Of a stretch of DNA of 64,000 nt, positions 52,701-60,723 are shown one piece after another (position 1 is the stretch's first letter; every line of letters starts with the position of its first letter). Position numbers and translations under genes: made by a program. Source of the DNA: an uncultured Solibacteraceae bacterium (GTDB lineage: Bacteria > Acidobacteriota > Holophagae > Holophagales > Holophagaceae); the NCBI GenBank assembly GCA_964589695.1, contig CAZPUI010000001.1:29866-93865 (forward strand). The letters run 5' to 3'. The notes under the pieces are model-generated. The model was not told the DNA's origin, ran no database searches, and worked only from the letters and a program-made list of their open reading frames with translations.

Positions 52701-54979
52701 GAGCCGTCGTGCTCGAACTGCAGGCGCGCAGCGTGTCCAGCCACGATCTCGCCCACGTGCTGCGGCCAGGTGAGCAGTAGGTCACTTCGAACGGTGGCTA
52801 AGAATTCCCCGATGATCTTCCCTGCCTCGAATCGTTCAGGCCGTGCCCCCGCAAGCCCGACGGCATTCAGAATCCTCGCGCTGCTTTCTGTCCACGCCAC
52901 ACTCTCCGCTCCCAGGAGTTTGCACTCCCCCAGCAGCTCGCCAATCTGCCTGGCGATGCCCTCCGCCAGAAGCTCCTCAATTGCCCGGCATCTGTCCGCC
53001 CCTTCAACCAGCGCAACGATCGGGTCGGGTTCGGCATACGAAGTCCCCATCTTTGCCTGGACTTCAAGGGACTTTGGTCTTGGTTCAGGATCAGTGGATT
53101 TCAGGACTGTGAACTTCCGGAAAGCACCATGCCGAATGTCAGTGGCAACATCAGCATCAGCGAAGGCTGCGAGGCTCTCCAGAAGGGACCGTACTTCCCC
53201 ATGAATCTGCGGCTGGAATGTCTCGCGTTCATCCCCCAGGAGGGAACCTTCGCCAATAGCTTCCTTCAGGGGTGTCGAAGCCACTTTCAACCAGCGCGTG
53301 AGGGCGATGATGAGTGGTCGCCATTCCTTGAGGTGCCCGAGCACGGTCCCAGCATGATTGATGGCCGTGGCCAGATGCCACATGTCCTGTATCAGGATCC
53401 GTCCGGTGCGGTTGATTCGGGCCTCGCGCAGCAGGAGACGGTGACGGTATTGGGCAACGGGTTCCCCCGGCCGGTTCTTAGTGGGAGCCATGTCCCGAAC
53501 CATCTGACGAAGTTCGGCAAATTCCTCCAGCTCGTTGCGCTTCACGCCTGCAGTTTCCGGCCCCATGGGTCTCGGAGATCCAGGCGTACCGACCATCTGC
53601 TTGAAGGCTTCCCCTGGCGGTACTCCATCTGAGTGTATTTCGCTTGGCACACCCTTCACATCAATGCCTGTCCCGTACCGGCCGTCTCCCGCGACGAACA
53701 ACCGACCCACGACGCGCAACACGGCTGCGGCCAGGTTCCTCGCAACTTCGGTGTAGGCCATAGCAACCTCGGCGCTTTCCCCACCTCCTGCCTGCTGGGA
53801 CGACCGGGACACCTTGACCGCTTTTGTGAGCGCATCGAGCCTGAAATCCCCATTCGCTCCGAACAACTTGATCCCATTACCCATGCCTTCGTTGGCGCGG
53901 CGCTCCTGACCTGGGTTTTCGGGAGCTTCCATCATGGCCCGAGCTGCCTGTCGCACCCGATCATGCGTGGCAAGAATCCTCTCGACCCGCACCTCGTCGT
54001 AACCCAATTCGAGCAGGTCGTTCTCCCGCCCGATGAAGGGCTTTCCCGAAGCAAGGAACTTCTGAAGCATCGGCGATGCTTTCCGAGCATGGGGCCCCTG
54101 GGAGGGCACTCGACCACTCCGCTCCCAGAAGGGGTCAACACCAGCGGAAAGCAGTGTCTCGCGCACATCGGGCGGTAGGGCTGCTTTCGGGTCCAGAACC
54201 AACCCTGCTACCTTCTCTACCCCCTTACCTTGAGGGTCGTAATCAATGTCCGCTTTCCAGCCGAACAACTGCCGCATTATCGGCTTCAGGACAGCTGTTG
54301 TTTTTCCGCAGCCGGTCGTTCCAAAGCAGACCGTCCCTCCCGTGACCAAACCCTGGAAGGGGATGGAGTAGAACTTCGCCTCCTCACCGAGCTTCTGTCC
54401 CTCATTCTCGTAGTGCTCCCCCAGCACCACATCGATCTGCTGTTGGGTTGGGTCGAAGGGACAGGCTTCCTTGTAGTAGCAAAGGGCAGTCTCCTGAATA
54501 TCCGTGTCCTTGCACAGGACCGAGCGCGTCCACTCCTGGTACTGGAGCACCTGGAGCTCGCTGCGACTGACAGTCTGCCTCTCCTTCAATGAAACCATCC
54601 ACGCAACCGTGGCCGCGGCCTGGGCCCCCAGGAGGAGGAATCCATTCAGGGCCCCCGGGATCAGTTGCATGCTTCCGTCAACGCTTGAAAGACCACCGAG
54701 GAAGGCCTTGGTAACCGGCCCGGCCATGGCCGTCGCTCCGACCGTCATCAGACCCACCAACCCACCCGCCCCGAGGAGCGGATTCTTGTGGGGCTTGTGC
54801 CGCTCCAGGTAGACCGTGGCCTTCTGGAAATTCCGCATCTTCCGGAAGGCTTCTTTCTGGGGACGCGTCCACTTCTTGGACCTGCGTTTGTGGTCCGCGA
54901 TTTCGAGTGGCGACGGCCGCAGGCTCGCAGGATAAAAGCTACGGATCTCGATCGGATTCTCAGTCGACTTCTTCTTCAC
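49790..54979 (-). CDS. virD4: Giant VirD4/TraG-family type IV coupling protein (1729 aa) with a ~740-aa insertion in the nucleotide-binding domain
   Basis: The N-terminus has two TM segments (LLGAGGLVGLMTVGATAMAG; LNGFLLLGAQAAATVAWMVSL). Walker A is FGTTGCGKTTAV (aa ~219-230, nt ~54290-54325), followed by LVLDPKAAL. Only at aa ~1000-1050 come the T4CP-typical FQFNPMHLP...GKPDPFWENAGNALITNLL. Walker B is VVLIIDECHFF (aa ~1518-1528, nt ~50400-50430). The C-terminal NVIATQGPSSI...FPNRIVMKLNN...AEECADLLG follows. The start is GTG. Confidence 0.8.
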   Translation of the reverse strand: MKKKSTENPIEIRSFYPASLRPSPLEIADHKRRSKKWTRPQKEAFRKMRNFQKATVYLERHKPHKNPLLGAGGLVGLMTVGATAMAGPVTKAFLGGLSSVDGSMQLIPGALNGFLLLGAQAAATVAWMVSLKERQTVSRSELQVLQYQEWTRSVLCKDTDIQETALCYYKEACPFDPTQQQIDVVLGEHYENEGQKLGEEAKFYSIPFQGLVTGGTVCFGTTGCGKTTAVLKPIMRQLFGWKADIDYDPQGKGVEKVAGLVLDPKAALPPDVRETLLSAGVDPFWERSGRVPSQGPHARKASPMLQKFLASGKPFIGRENDLLELGYDEVRVERILATHDRVRQAARAMMEAPENPGQERRANEGMGNGIKLFGANGDFRLDALTKAVKVSRSSQQAGGGESAEVAMAYTEVARNLAAAVLRVVGRLFVAGDGRYGTGIDVKGVPSEIHSDGVPPGEAFKQMVGTPGSPRPMGPETAGVKRNELEEFAELRQMVRDMAPTKNRPGEPVAQYRHRLLLREARINRTGRILIQDMWHLATAINHAGTVLGHLKEWRPLIIALTRWLKVASTPLKEAIGEGSLLGDERETFQPQIHGEVRSLLESLAAFADADVATDIRHGAFRKFTVLKSTDPEPRPKSLEVQAKMGTSYAEPDPIVALVEGADRCRAIEELLAEGIARQIGELLGECKLLGAESVAWTESSARILNAVGLAGARPERFEAGKIIGEFLATVRSDLLLTWPQHVGEIVAGHAARLQFEHDGSQGDGGFGIGPGKGTPKVQAMPELFPSGDVVTWLRNRWREAKLDALISGLVASETRLVTAAIDEVFAMVGGIVVDAVGKWSMDASLQHLVARLHEEGSPVIQACQEAGRNREIQNLVLAMEEAHEHEREVVSAMFGVSPGFVNSKWIPRGDDKLLIDSLVMRVGGVGQCWIGRPHGHVLTPALVSAWDPAWAQVLWSGLVVALDAYDHKGIEARAQGFLALSQAVQGLAEYQCAGLLGFRNYVAPNTGHRCDGPFQFNPMHLPGLDVVNVAATFVRTVFATQNKGGKPDPFWENAGNALITNLLSATKILYGYTTFPILARLIGEPDELALVIKRLEDLLNGKGRRAATSEEVVSIQNIKNWYYGSWTAAGADKGETKVNIIQTISVVTQAFLAPGYQLSFAPQREADISFPGWGWIFQHGKIVTVALPEERHQGVSKIVMALVNRSFQKYVQLRDGQRASNKGLRAEHGRLKIDQLKAQREDLKQRVQERLIWKRALGPWVGASSDHQTTQVSPMYGFYSHADNSDNKRTGAQLLLGTCFRPDILDKGLVLFMGLAGCKSAEGGAGDGGTFSVIRQTFWAGHMLRLLAQNAKKAGWPAWTLREDGTPRGMAEKDLQAVCEAKQGGGWVRRQAEQFKAEVHGALDSARQIRERRYDIWSGLGVYGLEGLLTDPSMHEAAERMLAEVPLGIVLPVSTMFAQTAQDFLDTQASAVERELGFLGKEAYRDSLSLFAKISQLSDEIRSVNDALEEMPNTERYVVLIIDECHFFLEGESDAKYASVARSNKSINVIATQGPSSIYSMMEEKVADNLLTNFPNRIVMKLNNTKEAEECADLLGGKCRQQVTERNLTQSFQQMTAQDAQFGARGKSGGGSVQVTVKEEERYLVDPALLVFLPAFHAVASTWDGAVPKPPRRILCKPDFLITSPEVRNYSESHTNHRLPKVGKKWNGKDLYMLPAVRLWQMRVINPSR

Positions 54980-55014
54980 CGCGGACCCCCGGCCATCACG
55001 AGTTTCTTGACTGT

Positions 55015-55344
55015 CTATTCAGCGGCCGATCCTGCCCGCCCAGGTGTCTTGCCGAAGCTGAAGATTCTCGCCTTTGCCTCTTCGACTTTTTCGGCAGGTA
55101 ATTTGGCAAGAGCCTGGCGGTCTCGGGCATTGAGAAACCCGTCGAGCACAAGCCCGAAAACGTCGGTCCAAGCCACCTCCGAATTGCCCTCTGCCGAGAC
55201 GGCCACGACCCTCGCGAAAAGATCCGCCGTTTCCGCCTTCAAGGGGGCCTTCTTGAAGAAGACATTCTGCTTGCTGAGACGGAGGCTCCCGGCCCTCTGC
55301 CTGAGGCTCTGCAGGTTGCTCTGTGTGGTGGTTTTGTTGTCCAT
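55015..55344 (-). CDS. Small hypothetical protein (109 aa) upstream of the coupling-protein gene
   Basis: ORF with plausible composition. It occupies the position of a relaxosome accessory gene, but no motif is recognised. Confidence 0.5.
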   Translation of the reverse strand: MDNKTTTQSNLQSLRQRAGSLRLSKQNVFFKKAPLKAETADLFARVVAVSAEGNSEVAWTDVFGLVLDGFLNARDRQALAKLPAEKVEEAKARIFSFGKTPGRAGSAAE

Positions 55345-55435
55345 GACAAGGTTCCTTATAGAGATGCCGAACGATGGGTCCGCTCGGACGCTGGAAATGG
55401 TCGTTTCCCCCGAATGGGGGGGTCTTGGGACCGGT

Positions 55436-56632
55436 TTATGTCGCTAGATTGCTCAGGGTGTGCTTGAAATTGCTGATTTCGCCCGCGAGCTGGTCACATT
55501 CTCGGCTGCATATCGCCACATAATTCGGATCTGCTAGGGTCTGTGCGAATTCAAGTCGCGCCTTTGCTGCTGTTAAATCGTCCTTGAGCTGCCGTAAGCT
55601 AACTTTGGATGGTCCACCTAAAGGTCCGTCCAAGATCTCCGTGCGTTCTCTCCTGGGTTCATTTTGGTTTTCACACCGGTTCTTCGGTTCTTGCATGGTC
55701 TCGGCTTGGTTTCCTCGGGATGTCCCCACTGTCTCTCCTGAGGCTCGCTGGTCATTTTCTGGCGCTTCTCCGGTCACACTGCGGTCTTTGCTTTGGTTTG
55801 CTGTCGCAAGACCAAAATCGGCCCAATTTCCAGGAAAAACCCTGCCAGGCTGGAATGGACTAAATCGTTTGAAGTAGCGCGATCCCCTTAGTTTAGATCT
55901 CATGTGTTCTTGGAAGTCCGTCGTCCAGGAACTGATGGCTTGCCATGAACTTGGTTCGGGAATTCCACATGAAAATGGATCATTTTCCGGGCAGTGCAAG
56001 CGAACTGAACGCACAGAGCTGAAACCACCAGTTGACCATTCGGCAGTCAGGCTCCGCTCCACCATTTCCCCGATTACATCGCTCCAGACGACGTGAAACC
56101 CCTTACCTATTCCATGGAGTACGACGCGCCAATCCCCACCGGATGAGACCACATCATCGAGCAAATCCCCATGTCTCCTGAGCATCAATTCCATTTCCTG
56201 CGAATAGGCGATGATGTGGATGACTCGAAAGGCCAGTTCATCGATTACAAGAACGCCGCCCACCGGAAAGTCCTCGGGGTAATCCTCCAGGAATCGATCA
56301 CCAGGAAGGTACATTTGGGTCCTTTTCGCTCCTCCGTCATTACCCAAAGGGGCCACCAACCCCATAACTTCCAGAACAGGGATTTCCCTCTGCCGTACAG
56401 GTGTCGTGAGCTTCGGCATCCGAGCAGCCAATTCACCTGCATTCACATCGGAGGCGATACGCCTTCTCGCGCGCAGGGCTGCTTTCCTGCCGACATTTTG
56501 GTGCGGTGACGGCCCTCGCGCGAATAGATCTTCAAGCCAAAGCGGGGCTCCCGAGTGGCTGAGCAGAAACCGATCAAGTTTATATGTTCCAAAGATCTGA
56601 GAAGTAGTTTGTTCACCGCCCGACAAATACAT
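55436..56632 (-). CDS. Hypothetical protein (398 aa)
   Basis: Long ORF with protein-like composition. The C-terminus has a Gln/Glu/Arg/Asn-rich linker and a coiled-coil. No HUH or other relaxase motif seen. Confidence 0.55.
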   Translation of the reverse strand: MYLSGGEQTTSQIFGTYKLDRFLLSHSGAPLWLEDLFARGPSPHQNVGRKAALRARRRIASDVNAGELAARMPKLTTPVRQREIPVLEVMGLVAPLGNDGGAKRTQMYLPGDRFLEDYPEDFPVGGVLVIDELAFRVIHIIAYSQEMELMLRRHGDLLDDVVSSGGDWRVVLHGIGKGFHVVWSDVIGEMVERSLTAEWSTGGFSSVRSVRLHCPENDPFSCGIPEPSSWQAISSWTTDFQEHMRSKLRGSRYFKRFSPFQPGRVFPGNWADFGLATANQSKDRSVTGEAPENDQRASGETVGTSRGNQAETMQEPKNRCENQNEPRRERTEILDGPLGGPSKVSLRQLKDDLTAAKARLEFAQTLADPNYVAICSRECDQLAGEISNFKHTLSNLAT

Positions 56633-57794
56633 CTCCCCCCCTCATTCCCCTATTTCCTCGGTGACTGAACACACGCCTGATGTACCCGGCCGCTGCCTTT
56701 GCCCGCACGCCTGCAGGCTTGTAGGAATGCCCGAGTCCGACGACTTCAACCTCTTGCCTGATCTTGTACTTCTCCGGACCAAAGTCGGAGGCGATTGAGA
56801 TATCTGGGAAGGTTGCGAGTTCTGGCGACTCGGACCGAATCTGGTCCTCCAATTTGATGGACTTGATGCTTGCCCCCATGGCTTCGTTCTCGTGCATGAA
56901 GAACACGACAGCATCGCCCACCACCTGCTCGTGAAACTCGCGGTTTTGAGGCTTCAGATTCCTTGGTCCACCACCCGATCCGATCAATCGTGGATCAGCC
57001 TCCCTCGCAGCCTTCCACCCCTTCTTCGTGAGGCTGAAACCCTCCAGAACCCCTGCTCCGATGGGAATAGGTTCGTAGGCTAGGAACCCCTCGTCTCTCA
57101 GACGATCCACCTTCAGGATGATCGATAATCCTGCCTCAGGTTCTAGGGCGATCAGTTGCTCCATCGAGGGCCTTCGGAGCCAACCGGACCATGCCAGGAG
57201 ATCACCATCTTCCATGCGCGTTCTGCTGTCGCCGAGCAGCGCAAGGGCGCGGTCGATGATCGAGGAATCTCCCTTCCTTGAGGGGTGCAAATACACCCCC
57301 AGGTGTTCCAGAACATGGCCCCTCATCAGCAGGTCCAATGCGGTGTATCGGCGAGCGAGAAACTCCAACCGCTTGTCCAGGGAATCCACTGGTCCGACCG
57401 AAAGAGGATGAGATGTTCCAAACACCCTCGGATCGAGCCCTTCGATTACCACGCGACCCGCATCCGTAAGGTTCCTTGGGCGGTATTCTTCTGCCAACCA
57501 CCGACCTCTCTTTGGCCAGATTTCAGGCGTATACAGAGCCTTGGTTCCCTGCTTTTTAGCCTCTGTTGGTGAAGCAGTTTCTGACCCAAAACGGTCGCTA
57601 GCCGCCTGGATTCCATCGGGCAGAAAGAGGCGATTCAGCGGTACACCCAGCAACCGCCGAGCATGGCGTTGCCCGTCACCCAATTCCGCATGTCCCTGGT
57701 GGTCCTGGAAGAACTCCCGGTGGACTGGACGTGTCCGATCCACTGTCGGATATGGCCCCCGTTCCAGGTCTAGCATCGGTCGGTTTTCGCTCAT
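56613..57794 (-). CDS. Hypothetical protein (~393 aa)
   Basis: I chose start MSENRPMLDLERGPYP... at 57794 (ATGA overlap with the upstream stop at 57791). No motif recognised with confidence. Confidence 0.55.
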   Translation of the reverse strand: MSENRPMLDLERGPYPTVDRTRPVHREFFQDHQGHAELGDGQRHARRLLGVPLNRLFLPDGIQAASDRFGSETASPTEAKKQGTKALYTPEIWPKRGRWLAEEYRPRNLTDAGRVVIEGLDPRVFGTSHPLSVGPVDSLDKRLEFLARRYTALDLLMRGHVLEHLGVYLHPSRKGDSSIIDRALALLGDSRTRMEDGDLLAWSGWLRRPSMEQLIALEPEAGLSIILKVDRLRDEGFLAYEPIPIGAGVLEGFSLTKKGWKAAREADPRLIGSGGGPRNLKPQNREFHEQVVGDAVVFFMHENEAMGASIKSIKLEDQIRSESPELATFPDISIASDFGPEKYKIRQEVEVVGLGHSYKPAGVRAKAAAGYIRRVFSHRGNRGMRGGDVFVGR

Positions 57795-58072
57795 GGCCGC
57801 AACCCTCGGGCCATACGCTCCGCCTCGTCCCCTACCCTCTTCCCACTGCCATTCCCGAAGGCCATGGCCAGGCTGATCGGCAGAGACAGCAACCCAGCAC
57901 AAAGGATGATTGGTAGCAGCCCGTTTTCCTGTAGCAGTGGCTCCATTAGGTCCCACTGTTTCCTGAAGACAAACCAGAATTCGAACCCGACAATTCCCAG
58001 GCCCAGAAGGAACCCGAGAAGCATGTTGGTCGCGCGAGGATCCTTCTCTTTCGACCCAGCACCCTTAGCCAT
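57791..58072 (-). CDS. Small two-TM membrane protein (~93 aa)
   Basis: I chose start MAKGAGSKEKD... at 58072, an 8-nt overlap with the HU-like gene end. The TM segments are MLLGFLLGLGIVGFEFWFVF and LLPIILCAGLLSLPISLAMAF. Confidence 0.5.
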   Translation of the reverse strand: MAKGAGSKEKDPRATNMLLGFLLGLGIVGFEFWFVFRKQWDLMEPLLQENGLLPIILCAGLLSLPISLAMAFGNGSGKRVGDEAERMARGLRP

Positions 58073-58436
58073 TGGCACCACCAACTTCCGCATGGGCAGA
58101 GGCCTTTCTCGCGACCTTCTTGACCCTCGTGACTGGACCATCCTCTTGCATGCGTTCTGCCATTTCTTTGGCAATCGCAGCCCTGATTCTGGGCTTGGTG
58201 ATTCCGGTCCAATCGGTCCCCTTTGGCGTTTGACGTCTCTGGGGAAGGCCATGTAAGGCTTCAATAACACCGATCCCTGCAAGGTGAACCGTCTTGCCTT
58301 CGAGCAGGGCACGCCTGAGTAACAAATTCAGTGCATCCACGATGTCCCTGGCCACCATCAGGTTTGGAATTCCTTCAGGGAAGGTGGCCTTCAGTTCACG
58401 AGTCAAGTCGGTGACGGTGTATGTAGTTTTCTTCAT
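58065..58436 (-). CDS. HU/IHF-family DNA-binding protein with a basic C-terminal tail
   Basis: I chose start MKKTTYTVTDLTRELK... at 58436, after AAAGGAGAG. The pattern is ...ARDIVDALNLLLRRALLEGKTVHLAGIGVIEALHGLPQRRQTPKGTDWTGITKPRIRAAIAKEM. It fits the HU fold: helix-helix, G-x-G, and an R-x-x-R/K arm. Confidence 0.7.
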   Translation of the reverse strand: MKKTTYTVTDLTRELKATFPEGIPNLMVARDIVDALNLLLRRALLEGKTVHLAGIGVIEALHGLPQRRQTPKGTDWTGITKPRIRAAIAKEMAERMQEDGPVTRVKKVARKASAHAEVGGANG

Positions 58437-58466
58437 GCGCACTCTCCTTTCGTCAGTTTCTGAGCT

Positions 58467-58479
58467 GCGGATTTTCCGC
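58467..58479 (-). promoter_or_regulatory. Element-wide upstream motif, copy 9 (sense GCGGAAAATCCGC, perfect palindrome)
   Basis: 31 nt upstream of the HU-like ATG (58436). It lies in the divergent region shared with the + gene at 58514. Confidence 0.7.
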
Positions 58480-58513
58480 AACCAGCAAACTCCGAAGGAA
58501 AGGAGGCGTAACG

Positions 58514-58954
58514 ATGGTGATCTTCAAAAGGTTCGAGCACCACAGAACTAAAACCGCGTGGGCTTTCGAGTTTGGTGTCCTGACCCTCCTTAGCGGTGGT
58601 GTCTATGCCGTCCTGTGGCTGGCTGCCCAGGGCCCTAGACTTTCACGGGAAGCGTTCCATCTGAGAGCCCTCAATCACCTCCATCCAGAAACGAACCCAT
58701 CTCCCTGGCCCTGGCTCCGAAAAGCCTCCTTGGCCTGGGTGTCTTCCTGTATCGGGCTATTTTTTCTGTCGCTCTTGGTGGCCGGGCTTTCGACACCGCT
58801 TCTCAGGAACCACCCGCATTGGGTTGGCTACATCGGTCTTGTCATCGTGCTTCCCGTGATGGTTATGCTCGCGGAGGGCTTCAGGCTGGTCTTTCAGGTG
58901 ATGAAGGCAGCGTGCTTCCCACCCCGGGTTCTGAGTGGTTTGATGGAAGCCTGA
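58514..58954 (+). CDS. Membrane protein (146 aa, ~4 TM)
   Basis: AAAGGAGG lies 7 nt upstream of ATG 58514. Hydrophobic segments include AFEFGVLTLLSGGVYAVLWLAA, SLAWVSSCIGLFFLSLLVAGL and WVGYIGLVIVLPVMVMLA. Confidence 0.6.
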   Translation: MVIFKRFEHHRTKTAWAFEFGVLTLLSGGVYAVLWLAAQGPRLSREAFHLRALNHLHPETNPSPWPWLRKASLAWVSSCIGLFFLSLLVAGLSTPLLRNHPHWVGYIGLVIVLPVMVMLAEGFRLVFQVMKAACFPPRVLSGLMEA

Positions 58955-59009
58955 GGTTGGCGTTTCGCTGGAACCTCTGAAGCCGACTTGCCTCCATCCT
59001 CAGTGGCTT

Positions 59010-59069
59010 CTGCCCGGCGTCAATTAGAAACGTGCTTCGCGATGCACAGGGGTAATTGTCGCCGGGCAG
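59010..59069. repeat. 10-bp perfect inverted repeat CTGCCCGGCG ... CGCCGGGCAG (40-nt spacer), interlocked with a 10-nt direct repeat CAGTGGCTTC (59001..59010 and 59067..59076)
   Basis: Read directly from the sequence. It lies in the ~520-nt non-coding region between 58954 and the parA start. Confidence 0.8.
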
Positions 59070-59295
59070 TGGCTTCCTGCCTTTGGGACTCCACGCCTGA
59101 CGAAGGCCTCTGTGGACCTGCACAAAAAATGTAGCAGCCAAACTTTCCCCAAGATTTCGAATCGGTTACCCAGCCGAATGGCCCTTCAATCCACATCCGA
59201 CGCGGAAAACCAATCCCGGAGGCGCTGTTTCCTGGTCCGCGACAACTCGTTCTCTCAGACACACGCAATCTAACTCCTATGTTGTCTGCTAGATC

Positions 59296-59425
59296 TTGCT
59301 TCCTTGCTTGCTGTCTTGCCCTCTTTCTTGGTTTTCTCATATCTTTGTTTCTTCCTTTTCCCTTTGGTGCTTTCCTGTCTTCGTTTTTTCATCTTTTGTT
59401 CCCTTTCGTTTTTCCTTGTTCATGG
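59296..59425 (+). other. Strongly strand-asymmetric pyrimidine (C/T) tract, ~130 nt
   Basis: The + strand is ...ttgcttccttgcttgctgtcttgccctctttcttggttttctcatatctttgtttcttccttttccctttggtgctttcctgtcttcgttttttcatcttttgttccctttcgtttttccttgtt..., almost devoid of A on the + strand. The ORFs drawn through it (59279.., 59296.., 59304..) translate to Phe/Leu/Ser/Cys strings. Confidence 0.75.
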
Positions 59426-59474
59426 GTTGTGCTGTATGCTTACTCGGTGGTTTGCACCCTTGGGAGATCCCTCC

Positions 59475-60713
59475 ATGCCTTCTTCTCACTTTGTCGTTGT
59501 GCCTCCCTCTAACCAAAGTGATATGCCAAGTATCCACTGGCGGGTGGTGGATGGATCCCTTCCTCTCAATCGCGTACTAGTTATCGGCAGTCCGAAGGGT
59601 GGGAGTGGGAAGACCTCGCTCACCACCTTTGCTGCCAGCGAACTGGCTCGGCTAGGGGCTAGAGTGCTCCTCGTCGAGGCCACCGAGGGGCAAGCTCCAC
59701 TGACCCAAGCGTTCGCCTTTGCCGACGCATACTCAGAGCTCGGCACAGGGCTTGGATTACACCTTCAGCGCATCATTGGCTATCCAAAGGACGGGGAAAC
59801 CTATTCCCAGACCCTGGCGCGGCTTAGAGGAATGGCGAGCATAGAAGCTGGCCAGGCCTGTGGCTCCATACGACGAGTCAGCGTATCGCCAGTAAACCCA
59901 ACCTTGGGCTTCGACTTCCTGCCATGTGGGGAATCCAATCTGGCCGAGGTGGCGTCCAGTTCGAAGATGGCCCAGCGCCCCATTCGCCGGGCAATGTTCG
60001 CCGCATTCCTCGAAACCCTCGCACAGGCTCGTGGTGGCGGCTGGGACTTCATTCTCATTGACGTGCTCCCGTCAGCGGAGTCCCCGATTGTGAAGGGGGC
60101 CATGGGTGTAGCCGACGCGTACGCACTCGTGGTTGACACGAAGTCCGCTCAGCCTCTACCAGGCTGGGGCGTGCTCATGGAAGAAATCATGCGAATCCAG
60201 CAGGCCCGAGAAGAGGAGGGCAAAGCACCCGACATATTCAAGGGGATCATACTGAACAAGGTCAACCTATCCAGGTCGAACTTCACCCAGAAAATCAACA
60301 ACTTGAAGATCCGAGTCAAGCAGCATGAGGCAGCTGCTGAAGGTGTGGATGTCCCGGTTCTAGCTCAGATCAGGGAGCTCACCAGCCTGGCTCTTCTTGG
60401 CTTCAACGTCCATGCGGTCGCACAACTTGCAGCAGCTTACGGTGGGCGGATCCCCGAGGATCTTGACAGCCTCACCGACGATGATGTCCATCGTCTCGTT
60501 CTGTTTGAGAAAGGTCTCTCCGCAGAAGGGAATCCACTGCCGGTGGCTGCTGGTATCGAGTGGCTGGCCAGTCTCCTTCCAGGCTCCCGCAAAACCCTGA
60601 TGCTCGAAGCCCAACTGCTCCACCCCATGCTCCTCGAACTGGCAGGAGACGCAGCTGCTGTCGAGGCCCTACGTGGATACTTTGCAGTCGTGAGCCAATC
60701 CGACGCCGACTGA
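59475..60713 (+). CDS. parA: ParA/MinD-family partition ATPase (large, ~412 aa, with a C-terminal extension)
   Basis: I chose start MPSSHFVVVPP... at 59475, after GGGAGA. The deviant Walker A is VIGSPKGGSGKTSLT. Walker A' reads VLLVEAT and Walker B reads FILIDVLPS. Confidence 0.8.
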   Translation: MPSSHFVVVPPSNQSDMPSIHWRVVDGSLPLNRVLVIGSPKGGSGKTSLTTFAASELARLGARVLLVEATEGQAPLTQAFAFADAYSELGTGLGLHLQRIIGYPKDGETYSQTLARLRGMASIEAGQACGSIRRVSVSPVNPTLGFDFLPCGESNLAEVASSSKMAQRPIRRAMFAAFLETLAQARGGGWDFILIDVLPSAESPIVKGAMGVADAYALVVDTKSAQPLPGWGVLMEEIMRIQQAREEEGKAPDIFKGIILNKVNLSRSNFTQKINNLKIRVKQHEAAAEGVDVPVLAQIRELTSLALLGFNVHAVAQLAAAYGGRIPEDLDSLTDDDVHRLVLFEKGLSAEGNPLPVAAGIEWLASLLPGSRKTLMLEAQLLHPMLLELAGDAAAVEALRGYFAVVSQSDAD

Positions 60714-60723
60714 GGGGTGATCC

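Noticed and set aside
57791-58312. The full-length 173-aa version of ORF 57791..58312.
   Set aside because: Its first ~80 codons overlap the HU-like gene in another frame and look non-protein-like. An internal ATG at 58072 gives a compact two-TM protein coupled to the HU-like stop.
59279-59580. ORFs 59279..59512 and 59296..59580, and the 5' part of 59304..60713, which run through the pyrimidine tract.
   Set aside because: Their translations are Phe/Leu/Ser/Cys/Pro strings produced by the C/T tract. The ParA domain only begins after ATG 59475, which has its own RBS.
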